Of a DNA stretch of 64,000 nt, positions 9,712-20,393 are shown one piece after another. Each line of letters opens with the position of its first letter. The first letter of the stretch is position 1. Under the pieces are notes generated by a model, which ran no database searches, was not told where the DNA came from, and saw only the letters and a program-made list of their open reading frames with translations. This DNA comes from Candidatus Rifleibacteriota bacterium (GTDB taxonomy: Bacteria > Muiribacteriota > Ozemobacteria > Ozemobacterales > Ozemobacteraceae): positions 3,086 through 67,085 of the forward strand of contig JAQVCG010000002.1 in assembly GCA_028689875.1 (NCBI GenBank), in the 5' to 3' direction. A program made the position numbers and the translations under genes.

Positions 9712-9823
9712 TTTTCCTTCTCCTTGATGCATTGTAATAAATCAATGCTCAAATCCTATCAATTAGAACTCAAAGTGTCAACTGTTAAGATTTCTTTATT
9801 AGCATGACTTAAGAATATAACTC

Positions 9824-9853
9824 TTGACCATTGGTGGATTTGTGCAGTATATT
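9824..9853 (+). promoter_or_regulatory. putative sigma70-type promoter for the nucleoside phosphorylase gene
   Basis: TTGACC (9824-9829), an 18-nt spacer, and TATATT (9848-9853), about 38 nt upstream of the ATG at 9891. RBS AAAGGA lies upstream of the start. Confidence 0.35.
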
Positions 9854-9890
9854 TAAGAACGCTGTAAGAATTGAAAATAGAGTATAAAGG

Positions 9891-10628
9891 ATGCTTATGA
9901 CCCCTCATCTTAAATTGGAAAAAGGGCAAATTTCCCCTTACGTTCTTGTGTGTGGCGACCCGGCTCGAGCATTAGAGACCGCAAAGTTGTGTGACAGTTA
10001 CGAAGAACTGGTATACAATCGTGAATATCGCTCTTTTAACGCTCTTTTTAATGAAGAAAAGATTACGATCGTTTCTCACGGCGTGGGCTCTGCAGGTGCT
10101 TCGATTTGTTTCAACGAACTTATAACTGCCGGTGCAAAAGTTATTGTCAGGGCAGGTACATGCGGTGCGCTTCAAGATTCCCTCGGTCAAGGCGATTTGA
10201 TCGTGGCATCAGGTGCCGTCAGAGAAGATGGCGTTTCGCCGTTAATGGTCCCGTTGGCTTATCCGGCAATAGCTGATGCAGAAGTCTTGTGTGCCCTCGA
10301 AAAATCTTGCCGCAGCTTAAATGCTGTGTATAGCCGCGGTATCATTTTAACAAGCGACCTGTTTTATCCAAGTGTATTGCCTACTTCACTCGAAACATAT
10401 AAAAATGCAAAAGTTGCAGGAGTGGAAATGGAATGCGCTTCTCTCTTCGTTATCGCTACATTGGGCGGTGTTCGCGCCGGCGCTGTGGCTACCGTTGATG
10501 GAAACCCATTAAAATGGAACGAAGGCGACTATGACCCTTACGGTGAAAAAGTTGCAACCGGTAAGCAGAAAATGCTGCTTGTGGCATTAGGTGCTTTAAG
10601 CGAAATGAGTAAAACAGGTTTGATTTGA
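9891..10628 (+). CDS. deoD: purine nucleoside phosphorylase, DeoD-type (PNP/UDP phosphorylase family 1)
   Basis: A 245-aa [30 protein letters not shown] parallels E. coli Deo[39 protein letters not shown] and the [10 protein letters not shown] active-site region are present. Substrate class (purine versus uridine) is not resolvable from sequence alone. Confidence 0.7.
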   Translation: MLMTPHLKLEKGQISPYVLVCGDPARALETAKLCDSYEELVYNREYRSFNALFNEEKITIVSHGVGSAGASICFNELITAGAKVIVRAGTCGALQDSLGQGDLIVASGAVREDGVSPLMVPLAYPAIADAEVLCALEKSCRSLNAVYSRGIILTSDLFYPSVLPTSLETYKNAKVAGVEMECASLFVIATLGGVRAGAVATVDGNPLKWNEGDYDPYGEKVATGKQKMLLVALGALSEMSKTGLI

Positions 10629-13600
10629 ACTGGCTTATTAACCAAATAGACTACATTTCCCTTTGGTTTGGAATGAGTTTTTTCTTCCTTGCCGGTCTTT
10701 GTTTTTTAGCTTCAAAAGAAAGACAGCTTACTTCAAAAGCTTGGCTTTGGTTTGCTCTCTTTTCTTTTTCGTTCGGAACAAAAAAAATATTAAATTTGCT
10801 TTCTTTTGCCCTTGAACAGACGGCCTGGCTTGTTCCTGCCATTGGTTTTTTCACTGTATTCTCATACTTTGCTTTGTATTGCCTAGGCGACAATTTACCA
10901 AAAAACCGCAATTATACAATTTCTAACAAACTTTGGGGTTTAATTGGCATCTTAATTGCGGCTGCATTTTATGTGGATTCAAAGGTTATTGGCTACTTAA
11001 TATATTTAATATTGGCTTTCCCTGCTTTGTTTTTAGCCGCTACCAGACTGCATGAACAAACATTGATTCAAAAAAAGTATGCTAAATGGCTCAAGCTTAT
11101 GACGTATTCGTTGATCGCATACGTCTTTGTTGAAGCCTATATTGTCTTTATTACCAGTTATTACTCAGTATCGTTTTCAAATACAGAGGTTTTCTATAAT
11201 TACGGGTTAACAGTGTTCATAATTTTTTTATACAGTACATTGTTTTTTTTGGTAGGTAGTTTAGGTTATATTTTTAGTATCTTAAAAAAAGCTCCTGATA
11301 GTTTATATTTTAAAAAAATATTTGCATTTATTGTTTTGCCGGCACTGTTTTTTGTCGGCTGGTTTGCTTGTGAAAGCCGTGGAGAGCGGGCAGATGCTTT
11401 CTTTCGCGAAGATTTAATGAGAATAGGCGTAAGCATTGCGCAGACTCTTGATCCTGATGACATTGACAGTCTTAGTTTTAGTGGTTCGGATTATGGTGAT
11501 CCCTCGTATGAAAGAATTTGTAAACTTTTAAGAACGTATAAAAAGCTTCACCCAAAAATTGGCGCAATATACACTCTTTTGTGCCGACGTGCCCATCTCA
11601 TTTTTGGACCCGAAAGTTACTTGCCGACCAATATCATGGCTTCTTTGCCCGGTACAACTTATCTAAATCCCGACCCCGATATTTGGAAAGTTGTTGATGA
11701 TGGAAAACCCATAGTAAAGTTTATTAAAGATGAATATGGCGAGTTTTTGACAGCTTTTGTGCCTGTTTTAAATTTAAGAAATAACATTAATCTTGTTGTT
11801 GGTATAGACGTTTACAAAAAAACTTGGCAAATCATGTTAAGAGAAGCACGTTTAAAAGTCATTAACTCAATTTTTGCTATTTCGTTCTTTTTATCTGTTT
11901 GTTATTTTTTGCTTCATCTAAGAGATTTATACAGCGTTTCCAGAAAGAATTTCTTTTTAAATAATCTAGAGGCCTTTATTGTTTTGTTTTTAGGTTTTTT
12001 GTTTATATACCTAATTGGCGACTATTCAAAAGACGCTGACAACTTTAAAGCCGAAAGAAGGTTTCATGCTCTTGCCAACGCAAAGATAATGACTATCAGT
12101 GAAGCTTTTTTACGCCTTTCCAGGACGCTTCGTTGGACAGAAAAACAACGATTAACTTGGATTGATAACCCCTCATATAGTAACTTTGTAGATTTTGTTG
12201 AGCCTGTTTCAAGGTATGCCAGGGGCCGAGTTTGGCAATGGATAGTTCCTTTTGGCGGTAAAAACAGCATAGAATTCGATAAAGAAATTAAAAAAGCTAA
12301 TATCCCGGAAGGAGTAATAGTTAAAGCAGATTATGATCTTCCTTTGTTTTATCCTGTAAAATATGCGTTTCCACTTGAAGAATATCGCGCAGTCGTAGGA
12401 TACGATTATGCCACAAATTTATCGGTCGGTTCGCTTATCGAAAAGATAGTCAAAACGAACCTGCTTCGCTTAAATCATGCTGCCGTGTTTCGTAACAGGT
12501 TTTCTCAAGTTTGCCTGATGGTGATAAAGCCTGTTTTTGATCGTAAAGAAAAGTTTATGGGTTTTTACTCAGCAATATTACCGTTAGTAGATTACTTAAA
12601 TATAATTTTGAACGGAAAATATGATAATGAAGAAGTTATATTAGATATATTAGATGCAGACTCCGATAAAATGAAAAATGTGCTTTGCACTTTTCCTGAT
12701 TTAAATAGCGGCGAGACCAGGGAAAAACCGGAATTCTCGACGTTATACCCCGCATTTATAATGGGAAAAAGTTTGGCAATAAGAGCTTATCCCGGTGTAA
12801 ATTTCTCTGATTACCAAGCAGAAAAAGCAGAAGAAATATTACGAATTGTTGTGGGCGTCGGATTTACTTTCTTTTTCTTCATTTTAACTTTATTTTTGCG
12901 ACAACGCCAAAAATTGTTCGACGACGAAATTGAAAGAAGAATGCAGGATTCAAATGAAGTAATTGATGAATTGTCAAATTACAATGTAATTTTACAAGAA
13001 TTAAATCATAAATCTGAACATTTAGCAGTGTTATCTGCTTCTGCTAATGCGGCAAAAAGCCAGTTTTTGGCAAGCATGAGTCATGAGATACGAACTCCCA
13101 TGAACGGAATAACAAGCATGGGTGAGTTTTTACTTGAAACAGAACTTACTTCTGAACAAAGGCAATATGTTGAAATTATTAAGTCAAGCTCAGAGAACCT
13201 TCTGCATTTAATTAATGACATTCTTGATTTTTCAAAAATTGAAGCGGGAAAAATGTCGTTCGAAGCAATTGATTTCAATTTAGTTGATATTATTACTGCT
13301 TCAGTAGATTTAATTAGGATAAAAACTACCCAAAAGGGACTCTATCTAAACACAAAGCTTGATCCAAACTTACCAACCAGACTAAACGGTGATCCGATGC
13401 GACTTAGACAGGTGATTTTAAACCTGTTGAGCAATGCTGTTAAGTTTACCCATGAAGGTGGAATAACCTTAGAAGCGATTTGTAAAAGCATTTCTGCAGG
13501 TGATGTCGAAATCGAATTCACCGTAAAAGACACCGGGATCGGAATAGAAGAAGATCGTATTTCTATGTTGTTCGATGCTTTTACACAAGCAGACGGAGCA

Positions 13601-14656
13601 ACGACAAGAAAATATGGGGGAACAGGCCTCGGCCTCGCTATTTCCCAGAAAATTGTGAATTTGATGGGTGGAGAATTAACTGCAAAGAGCGAGTTCGGCA
13701 AGGGGTCGGTGTTTATTTTTAATATAAAAATGAAAAAGCAGAGCGATTCATACGTGCATAAAACCCTTACTGCGCTGAAAAAGTCGATCGAAATTTCTGA
13801 ACATCGCAAAATTGCTTCGTCAGACCATATCAATCCAAAAGAGTTTAATATTCTTTTGGCTGAAGATAATCTTACAAATCAAAAAGTTATTGAGGCTATA
13901 TTTAAAAAAATATCATACAATCTGGATATAGCAAATGACGGCAAAGAAGTAATTAAAATGCTTAGAGATAAAAAGTATGGGCTAATTCTAATGGATTGTC
14001 TGATGCCTGTATTAGATGGTTATCAAACAACAAGATTAATTAGAAGCGGTGAAGCAGGAGAAATAAATAAGGATATTCCTATAATTGCTATAACAGCTAA
14101 TGCCATGACGGGTGATCGCGAAAAATGTGTCGCAAGCGGAATGAACGATTATATTGCTAAACCGATTCAACCTAGGGAGCTTATTTCTATGTTGGACAAA
14201 TGGGCTAATATTGATGCTGGGGCGCATGGTAAAATCAATTTTTTAAAAAGTAAAAGTAATAGGGCCGAAAAAAAGTCTAATAAACCTGAAAAAATTAAAA
14301 TACAACCTGTTGTTGAAAATAAAAACCTCCTTGTTTTAGATAAGGTCGAACTAAGAAAACGAATGTTAGATGATGATGCTTTGGTTAAGCAGGTTCTTGA
14401 GACCTTTAAGCAGAGCTTGCCGGACTTTTTAAAGGAATTTAATATTGCGGTTTTAGAAGAAAATCTTGAAAAAATTGCGGAGACAGCCCATACCATAAAG
14501 GGCGCTTCAGCGAATGTTTCGGCTGTAGCAATTAATAAAACAGCCTTGCAAATAGAGCAGGCGGCAAAAGCGAAGAACCTTAAGCTTGCTGTTTCTCTGT
14601 TAAAGACGCTTGAAAAAGATGTATCCAATTTTATAGATATATTCTCGGGACTGTGA
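10625..14656 (+). CDS. hybrid sensor histidine kinase: N-terminal 7TM block, second TM block, coiled coil, HisKA, HATPase_c, receiver (REC) and C-terminal Hpt domain
   Basis: A 1343-aa ORF. The track start is a TTG overlapping the deoD stop, and the true start may be an internal ATG. HisKA H-box [11 protein letters not shown]. HATPase N/G boxes LLSNAVKFT and DTGIGI followed by [13 protein letters not shown]: [12 protein letters not shown]...[14 protein letters not shown]...IIAITANA...YIAKP. Hpt: [13 protein letters not shown]. Confidence 0.8.
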   Translation: MNWLINQIDYISLWFGMSFFFLAGLCFLASKERQLTSKAWLWFALFSFSFGTKKILNLLSFALEQTAWLVPAIGFFTVFSYFALYCLGDNLPKNRNYTISNKLWGLIGILIAAAFYVDSKVIGYLIYLILAFPALFLAATRLHEQTLIQKKYAKWLKLMTYSLIAYVFVEAYIVFITSYYSVSFSNTEVFYNYGLTVFIIFLYSTLFFLVGSLGYIFSILKKAPDSLYFKKIFAFIVLPALFFVGWFACESRGERADAFFREDLMRIGVSIAQTLDPDDIDSLSFSGSDYGDPSYERICKLLRTYKKLHPKIGAIYTLLCRRAHLIFGPESYLPTNIMASLPGTTYLNPDPDIWKVVDDGKPIVKFIKDEYGEFLTAFVPVLNLRNNINLVVGIDVYKKTWQIMLREARLKVINSIFAISFFLSVCYFLLHLRDLYSVSRKNFFLNNLEAFIVLFLGFLFIYLIGDYSKDADNFKAERRFHALANAKIMTISEAFLRLSRTLRWTEKQRLTWIDNPSYSNFVDFVEPVSRYARGRVWQWIVPFGGKNSIEFDKEIKKANIPEGVIVKADYDLPLFYPVKYAFPLEEYRAVVGYDYATNLSVGSLIEKIVKTNLLRLNHAAVFRNRFSQVCLMVIKPVFDRKEKFMGFYSAILPLVDYLNIILNGKYDNEEVILDILDADSDKMKNVLCTFPDLNSGETREKPEFSTLYPAFIMGKSLAIRAYPGVNFSDYQAEKAEEILRIVVGVGFTFFFFILTLFLRQRQKLFDDEIERRMQDSNEVIDELSNYNVILQELNHKSEHLAVLSASANAAKSQFLASMSHEIRTPMNGITSMGEFLLETELTSEQRQYVEIIKSSSENLLHLINDILDFSKIEAGKMSFEAIDFNLVDIITASVDLIRIKTTQKGLYLNTKLDPNLPTRLNGDPMRLRQVILNLLSNAVKFTHEGGITLEAICKSISAGDVEIEFTVKDTGIGIEEDRISMLFDAFTQADGATTRKYGGTGLGLAISQKIVNLMGGELTAKSEFGKGSVFIFNIKMKKQSDSYVHKTLTALKKSIEISEHRKIASSDHINPKEFNILLAEDNLTNQKVIEAIFKKISYNLDIANDGKEVIKMLRDKKYGLILMDCLMPVLDGYQTTRLIRSGEAGEINKDIPIIAITANAMTGDREKCVASGMNDYIAKPIQPRELISMLDKWANIDAGAHGKINFLKSKSNRAEKKSNKPEKIKIQPVVENKNLLVLDKVELRKRMLDDDALVKQVLETFKQSLPDFLKEFNIAVLEENLEKIAETAHTIKGASANVSAVAINKTALQIEQAAKAKNLKLAVSLLKTLEKDVSNFIDIFSGL

Positions 14657-14662
14657 TACAAT

Positions 14663-14689
14663 CTCCGCGACCTGATTACCTTGCGGAGA
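14663..14689 (+). promoter_or_regulatory. hairpin sequestering the Shine-Dalgarno of the downstream YitT-family gene
   Basis: A perfect 7-bp inverted repeat, TCTCCGC (14663-14669) and GCGGAGA (14683-14689), with a 13-nt loop. The right arm contains GGAGA, the only SD-like element, 7 nt before the ATG at 14697. There is no U-tract, so it is not a terminator. Confidence 0.3.
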
Positions 14690-14696
14690 CACAAAA

Positions 14697-15629
14697 ATGA
14701 CAAAAAAACCCGATTCACTGAGATTTATGGATGTTTTTAACATGCTGTTTGGCTCGATTCTGCTTGCATACGGCCTTGTAGCATTTAATACTCCAAACGA
14801 TATAGTCCCTGCAGGTCTCACGGGTATCGCCACAATTCTTTATGCTTTTGCTAAAGTTCCTATCGGTATCACTCTTTTACTCGGAAACCTGTTTCTGATA
14901 TTTTTGCAGGCCAGAATTATTGGCTCAAAGTCGGCCGGAAAAACTCTTTTCATTACTATTGTTACTTCGATTGCAATTGACTTTTTAATGAAGTATTCAG
15001 AATCTCTTAAAATTGTTACAAAAGATCCTTTGTTAGCATGCTTGTTCGGCAGCTTAATTTGCGGAACCGGCATTGCAATGACTTTCAAAGCCGGGGGAAA
15101 CACCGGCGGCATGGATATTGTCAGCCAAATAATGCAGTTTAAGTTTAGAATTCCCATCGGTGACACTTTGCTTTTCGGCAATGTGCTGGTGACTGTTTTG
15201 GCCGGTTATAATTTCGGTATCGAAAAAGCTCTTTATAGTATGATCTACGCTTTTTTATCAAGCCGCGTAATAGACGCCGTACTTGACGGTGTTTCTATTT
15301 TCAGAACAGTATTTATTATAACAAAAGAACCTGACGTTATAGGCTGGGGTATCATAGAAGACCTGCGCAGAGGAGTAACTTCTCTGCAAGGAATCGGCAT
15401 CTATTCAGGAAAGCCAGTAAATATGCTAATGACCGCTATTAAACGCGGGGAACTGAATATGTTAAGGCAAATTGTTTACAGATATGACCCAAAAGCCTTT
15501 ATAATCGTAGGGGATGCAAGACAAGTTCTTGGGCATGGGTTTTCGAAGCTTGAAGATGAGGTGCGCTTTGATGCTATTGAAGTAGAACAAAAGAAAATTG
15601 AGAGCTTAGAAGGGTCGAATACTAATTGA
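14697..15629 (+). CDS. YitT-family membrane protein (DUF161 / DUF2179 architecture)
   Basis: A 310-aa ORF with about 5-6 TM helices in the first 200 aa, containing GGNTGGMD (the YitT/DUF161 hallmark Gly-rich loop), then a soluble C-terminal ~90-aa domain as in DUF2179. Confidence 0.6.
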   Translation: MTKKPDSLRFMDVFNMLFGSILLAYGLVAFNTPNDIVPAGLTGIATILYAFAKVPIGITLLLGNLFLIFLQARIIGSKSAGKTLFITIVTSIAIDFLMKYSESLKIVTKDPLLACLFGSLICGTGIAMTFKAGGNTGGMDIVSQIMQFKFRIPIGDTLLFGNVLVTVLAGYNFGIEKALYSMIYAFLSSRVIDAVLDGVSIFRTVFIITKEPDVIGWGIIEDLRRGVTSLQGIGIYSGKPVNMLMTAIKRGELNMLRQIVYRYDPKAFIIVGDARQVLGHGFSKLEDEVRFDAIEVEQKKIESLEGSNTN

Positions 15630-15630
15630 T

Positions 15631-17451
15631 ATGGCATTGATCTCATTGCACAAGGTTTCAATTACTTTTACAGGCACCTCTATCCTGGATTCTATTGATT
15701 TGCATTTGGAAAAAGGCGAAAGAGTGGCTTTACTTGGGCGCAATGGTGCAGGTAAAACGACGCTTTTAAAAACAATAGCTTCTAAAATTGCTCCTGATTC
15801 CGGAGCTGTGCAAATAGCAGTGGGCTCAAATGTATCGTATTTTTCTCAAGATATTCCGGAATTTGAAAATGAAACCGTATTCGAAATAGTCTCTAAAGAG
15901 CTTGAGCTTAAATTGGCACAGACCCGCAATAAAGCGGATGAAGGAGATTCTTGGAAGCAAATTGACGAAGTTTATAAAGTCATTTCAAATGTTTCTTTGG
16001 TTCCTGAACAGAAATATTGTGATTTGTCGGGCGGGCAAAAGAGAAGAGCCTTATTGGCGGCCGCTTTGGTTACCAAACCCGATGCAATACTTCTTGACGA
16101 GCCTACAAACCATTTGGATATAGACACCATAAACTGGCTCGAAGATTATCTGCAAAGGCTTAACATAACAATAGTTTTTGTTACACATGACAGAATGCTT
16201 CTTAGAAAGCTTGCAAAGAGAATTGTAGAGCTTGACAGAGGCAGAATATACGACTGGGAATGCGACTACGACACTTTTTTACGTAGAAAAAACGAAGTTC
16301 TTGAAGCCGAAAGTAAAGAATGGGAAAAATTTGATAAAAAGCTTGCATTAGAAGAAGTCTGGATAAGAAAAGGCATACAAGCTCGGCGAACAAGGAACGA
16401 GGGCAGGGTGCGCGCTCTCAAAAAGATGCGCGAAGAAAGAAAGCTGCGTAGAGATAGAATCGGCAAGGTCAATATGAAAATTATTGAAGCCAAAAGATCA
16501 GGGCAAGATGTAATAGAGGCTTGCGATGTAACATTTGCCTACGATAAAACACCAATAATCGAAAATCTAAACGTAAAAATAACGCGAGAAGATAAAATCG
16601 GTATTGTAGGGGCGAACGGATGCGGTAAGACGACTTTAGTGAAATTGTTGCTAGGGCATTTGAAGCCATTGAAGGGTGAAATTAAATATGGAACAAACCT
16701 TGAAATAGTATATTTCGACCAACTAAGAAATAAGTTAGACCTCGAAAAAACTGTGTGGGAAAACGTTTGCCCACATGGCGACATGCTTCAGATTAACGAT
16801 AAACAGATTCATATTATTACTTACCTAGAGAACTTTTTGTTCTCGTCAGAACGAGCAAAAACAAAGCTTTCAGTGCTTTCGGGCGGCGAAAGAAATCGAG
16901 TGCTGCTAGCTAAGGTTTTTGCGCGTCCCGCCAATATTTTGGTTCTTGACGAGCCTACAAACGATCTTGATATTGAAACCTTAGAATTACTTGAAGAACT
17001 GATTGCAGATTTTTCCGGAACAGTTTTACTGATATCTCATGACCGAACATTTTTAAATAATGTTGTTTCAAGCACTCTGGCTTTTGCAGAAAATGGTGAA
17101 ATCAAAGAAATAGTCGGTGGCTACGACGAATGGCTAAATGAAAAGAAATTAGCAGTTCAGCTTGAAACGGCAGAGAAACAAGCACGGTTTTTATCTGAAA
17201 AAGAAGCTAAAGCCAAAACAACGAAAGTAAAGCTTTCGTTTAACGAAAAGAGAGAATTGGAGTTTTTGCCTGAAAAAATTGAAAAAATAGAAAAGGAAAT
17301 TACTGATATACAGACAAAGCTTGCTGACCCGATGTTTTATAAAACTGGTGAAAACCCAAATGTTTTAAAAGAGAAAATTGAAAGCTTAGAAACAGAAATG
17401 CTCGAAGCATTTGAGCGTGAGGAAGAGCTAAAAAATAAAGCCGCGAATTAA
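15631..17451 (+). CDS. ABC-F family ATPase (Uup/YheS-like), tandem ABC cassettes with C-terminal coiled-coil domain
   Basis: A 606-aa ORF. Walker A GRNGAGKTT and GANGCGKTT. Signatures LSGGQKRR and LSGGERNR. Walker B ILLDEPTNHLD and LVLDEPTNDLD. No TM segments. The C-terminal ~90 aa are K/E-rich coiled coil, as in Uup. It is distinct from ettA at 1476. Confidence 0.8.
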   Translation: MALISLHKVSITFTGTSILDSIDLHLEKGERVALLGRNGAGKTTLLKTIASKIAPDSGAVQIAVGSNVSYFSQDIPEFENETVFEIVSKELELKLAQTRNKADEGDSWKQIDEVYKVISNVSLVPEQKYCDLSGGQKRRALLAAALVTKPDAILLDEPTNHLDIDTINWLEDYLQRLNITIVFVTHDRMLLRKLAKRIVELDRGRIYDWECDYDTFLRRKNEVLEAESKEWEKFDKKLALEEVWIRKGIQARRTRNEGRVRALKKMREERKLRRDRIGKVNMKIIEAKRSGQDVIEACDVTFAYDKTPIIENLNVKITREDKIGIVGANGCGKTTLVKLLLGHLKPLKGEIKYGTNLEIVYFDQLRNKLDLEKTVWENVCPHGDMLQINDKQIHIITYLENFLFSSERAKTKLSVLSGGERNRVLLAKVFARPANILVLDEPTNDLDIETLELLEELIADFSGTVLLISHDRTFLNNVVSSTLAFAENGEIKEIVGGYDEWLNEKKLAVQLETAEKQARFLSEKEAKAKTTKVKLSFNEKRELEFLPEKIEKIEKEITDIQTKLADPMFYKTGENPNVLKEKIESLETEMLEAFEREEELKNKAAN

Positions 17452-17515
17452 GCTTTTTAATTCTATAAATACTGCCGATAAAACGCTTATATTTTTATAT
17501 GAAAAGAGCTTTTAA

Positions 17516-18448
17516 ATGGCATTCGAAATTAAAGATAAACTGGTTATAGCGGTCGCGTCGAGCGCATTGTTTGATTTAACAGATTCAGACAGAGTTTTTA
17601 GAGAAAAAGGCTCAGAAGTATACAGAAAATATACCCGGCAAAAACAAAATATACCACTTAAGCCCGGCGTTGCTTTTCCTTTTGTCAGAAGACTGCTGGC
17701 AATAAACAAACGCTTTGACCTTGCGCAGCCCATAGAAGTTGTATTGCTCTCAAAAAATGATCCCGAAACGGGAATGAGGGTTTTTAATTCGATAAATCAT
17801 TACGGACTGAACATTATCAGAGCCGGTTTTTTGAGCGGAAAGTCGCCCATTAAATATATTCCGGCATTTAACGCAGCCTTATTTTTGTCGGGAAACAACG
17901 AAGATGTTAAAGAGGCTTTAAATGCGGGATTTCCGGCCGGAACGGTTTTGGGTGACGGTTCTGAAGATAACGACACTGATGATGAACTCAGAATCGCTTT
18001 TGACTTTGATGGCGTGATAGTAGACGATAAAGCCGAAAGAATATATCAAGAACATAATTTAGACGTATTTCACGAAAGTGAAACAAAAAATGCGTTGGAG
18101 CCAATGGAGCCGGGCCCGTTATTTAAGCTTTTTAAACAGCTTTCAAAGTTTCAGAAGTTTGACAGGATTCAAGAAATTAAAGTGCCGGGTTATAAAAGAT
18201 TTTTGAGAATTTCAATTGTAACTGCCAGAAGTGCGCCCGCACACGAGAGAGCTATCAACACTCTGAGAAAATGGAGAATACTTGTTGATGAAGCTTTTTT
18301 TTTGGGAGGCATAGAAAAGGGCAGAATTTTAGAGGTCATGAGGCCACATATTTTCTTTGATGATCAAATGACTCATTTAAAATCTTCGTTAGGGAAGCAC
18401 ATTCCTTCGGTTCATATTCCATTCGGGATTGTTAACGATAAAAAATGA
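17516..18448 (+). CDS. putative 5'-nucleotidase (PF06189-like cytosolic 5'-nucleotidase family)
   Basis: A 310-aa ORF. The N-terminal LVIAVASSALFDLTDSD and the internal FDFDGVIVDD (DxDG HAD-like nucleophile motif) fit the bacterial 5'-nucleotidase family from memory. The assignment is moderate. Confidence 0.45.
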   Translation: MAFEIKDKLVIAVASSALFDLTDSDRVFREKGSEVYRKYTRQKQNIPLKPGVAFPFVRRLLAINKRFDLAQPIEVVLLSKNDPETGMRVFNSINHYGLNIIRAGFLSGKSPIKYIPAFNAALFLSGNNEDVKEALNAGFPAGTVLGDGSEDNDTDDELRIAFDFDGVIVDDKAERIYQEHNLDVFHESETKNALEPMEPGPLFKLFKQLSKFQKFDRIQEIKVPGYKRFLRISIVTARSAPAHERAINTLRKWRILVDEAFFLGGIEKGRILEVMRPHIFFDDQMTHLKSSLGKHIPSVHIPFGIVNDKK

Positions 18449-19437
18449 AATATAATCTGGTTCTCAAATCGGTTGTGACAAGCGCAGATGCTAACTTGCC
18501 ACTGATAGATTATTTAGAGAAAAAATATACCTATAAAGACCGTGGATATTGGCAGAACAAAATTGAAACGGGTGAAATACTGGTTAACGGGTGCAAAGCT
18601 CCGGCAGAATATTTGCTGATGCCGGATGATGCAGTGATTTATACCATTTCAGACTATTACGAAGAAGATTTAGATTGCAATTATAAGATCGAATTCGAAA
18701 ATCATAATATTGTTGTGGTAAGCAAACCGGCCAATTTGCCGGTGCAGACAACAAGAAGAATATATAAGCAAACACTGACGCAGCTGCTTAAAACTAATTT
18801 AAAACTGCCAAATATTTACCCGATTCATAGAATTGATCGTGAAACAAGCGGTTTGATAGTTTATTTAAAGAATAAGTTTGTGTCGGGGCCTTATAAAAAA
18901 GAACCCATAAAGATTTTGAAAGAAAAATATTATATAGTTGTGGTAAAGGGAATATTTGAAAAAGAAGAAGAATTTGTTTCGGTGCCGCTTAGAGAGGCGG
19001 CTGATAATGTTGTTAATTATAAAATGATTTATGATGAAAAAGGTAAGAATGCTGAAACGCATTTTTATAAATTAGGGGATGATGGAGAAAACAGCTTACT
19101 TCTGGCAAGATTGCTGACGGGCAGAAAACATCAGATAAGAGCGCATGCGGCGCATTTGGGTTTTCCTGTTTTGGGTGATAAACTATATTCGTTTGAATCT
19201 AAATATTTTTTGAAACGATGTGATGATGATTTAAGTGAAAATGATTTAAAAGTATTAGGGGCCAATAATCATATGCTGCATGCTTATTGCCTGATCTTAG
19301 ACTTAGAAAAAAAGTCAGAAATAAAGGTTTTCTCAGAGCAGTTTTCTGATGAAATGAGAAAAGTTTTAAATAGGATTGATAATTGGGAAGCAAAGGCAAA
19401 AGATATTATCGAATTTAATGAAAAGTGCGAGATATGA
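18445..19437 (+). CDS. RluA-family pseudouridine synthase with N-terminal S4-like domain
   Basis: A 330-aa ORF. The catalytic-Asp motif HRIDRETSGLIVYLKN matches the RluA consensus HRLDkdTSGlll. GRKHQIRAHAAHLGFPVLGDKLY matches GRtHQIRvH...G.PilGD..YG. There is a 4-nt overlap with the upstream gene. Confidence 0.75.
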   Translation: MKYNLVLKSVVTSADANLPLIDYLEKKYTYKDRGYWQNKIETGEILVNGCKAPAEYLLMPDDAVIYTISDYYEEDLDCNYKIEFENHNIVVVSKPANLPVQTTRRIYKQTLTQLLKTNLKLPNIYPIHRIDRETSGLIVYLKNKFVSGPYKKEPIKILKEKYYIVVVKGIFEKEEEFVSVPLREAADNVVNYKMIYDEKGKNAETHFYKLGDDGENSLLLARLLTGRKHQIRAHAAHLGFPVLGDKLYSFESKYFLKRCDDDLSENDLKVLGANNHMLHAYCLILDLEKKSEIKVFSEQFSDEMRKVLNRIDNWEAKAKDIIEFNEKCEI

Positions 19438-20315
19438 AATTGAAATCTGTATATATAATAGCCGACATTGAAGGTTCGTTAGGGTGTCTTTCTAAGAACG
19501 ATTCACAGCTGTTTACGTCGAGAAGATACGAGGTGTGCAAGAATTTAACCGAAGATATAAATGCTGTGTGTGAAAAGCTGTTTGAAAATGGCGTTGAAAG
19601 AATACGCGTTAAAGATTTTCATAGAACCGGCTACAATATATTGGCAAAATATTTTAACAAACGAGCAGAATTAGACCAAGGTTTCGCGGTAGGGCCTATT
19701 CCCGGTATAGGCGAGGCGAAGGGTTTTGATGCGCTTATGATGATTGGGCTGCACGCTGCTTCGGGCACTTCGGGTTTTTTGCCACATACACTTACGTCTC
19801 AGCTTGCAGCTATAGAAGTAAACGGTAAGATTCTGACTGAAGCGGAGCTGTTTGCGAGTTCTTTGTATGAAGAAAATATTGCTCCGGTGTTTTTTAGCGG
19901 CTGTTCATCGGCTTGTGAGCAAGTTAAAAATGCCATAGCCGATATTGATACTTTTGCGATTGATAAACCACTTGTTAAAAGCGTGACAGAAATGCGCAAG
20001 GAATTGGCAAACGCGGCGGCAAAGGCTTTGCAGAATAACAAAACAAAAGCTTTTTGTATGAAAGGGCCTTTCGAAGTAAAGTTAAACATGCGAGACGGCG
20101 AAAAAGCTGCTAAAAAGATAAAAGATGCGTGGGGATTTTCCCAAAATAAAAATGAAATTGCTTTTGAAGCACAAACATTTAACGAACTATATTGGATAAT
20201 GCTTAAAATTGCGTATATGAGTCCGTTTATAGAAAAACATATTAAATTTATAATGCGGGCTTTTAACTTGCTTGGCAAGGCAGAAATTTCGGTAAGAGCT
20301 GTTTTAAAATTCTGA
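19425..20315 (+). CDS. M55-family D-aminopeptidase (DppA-like)
   Basis: A 296-aa ORF. The N-terminus MKLKSVYIIADIEGSLG parallels B. subtilis DppA MKLYMSVDMEGISG. The HAASGTSGFLPHT region parallels HARASTPGVMSHS (from memory). It overlaps the upstream gene by 13 nt. Confidence 0.55.
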   Translation: MRDMKLKSVYIIADIEGSLGCLSKNDSQLFTSRRYEVCKNLTEDINAVCEKLFENGVERIRVKDFHRTGYNILAKYFNKRAELDQGFAVGPIPGIGEAKGFDALMMIGLHAASGTSGFLPHTLTSQLAAIEVNGKILTEAELFASSLYEENIAPVFFSGCSSACEQVKNAIADIDTFAIDKPLVKSVTEMRKELANAAAKALQNNKTKAFCMKGPFEVKLNMRDGEKAAKKIKDAWGFSQNKNEIAFEAQTFNELYWIMLKIAYMSPFIEKHIKFIMRAFNLLGKAEISVRAVLKF

Positions 20316-20393
20316 GTTAATTTGCTTTATATTTGAGTGAAATTGTGATAGGTTGCTCAATGCGTTTGCACAAGATAATAGGTGAGGTAGAGC

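Noticed and set aside
13081-14833. Minus-strand ORFs (13342-13833, 14167-14718, 14600-14833 and similar) overlapping the histidine kinase and yitT
   Set aside because: They are antisense to motif-rich domains (HATPase, REC, Hpt). Their composition is Ser/Leu/Phe-rich, typical of the reverse frame of an AT-rich coding strand.
16202-16784. Cluster of four minus-strand ORFs inside the second ABC-F gene
   Set aside because: They are antisense to Walker/ABC-signature-encoding sequence. They are Leu/Ser/Phe-rich with no starts with RBS.
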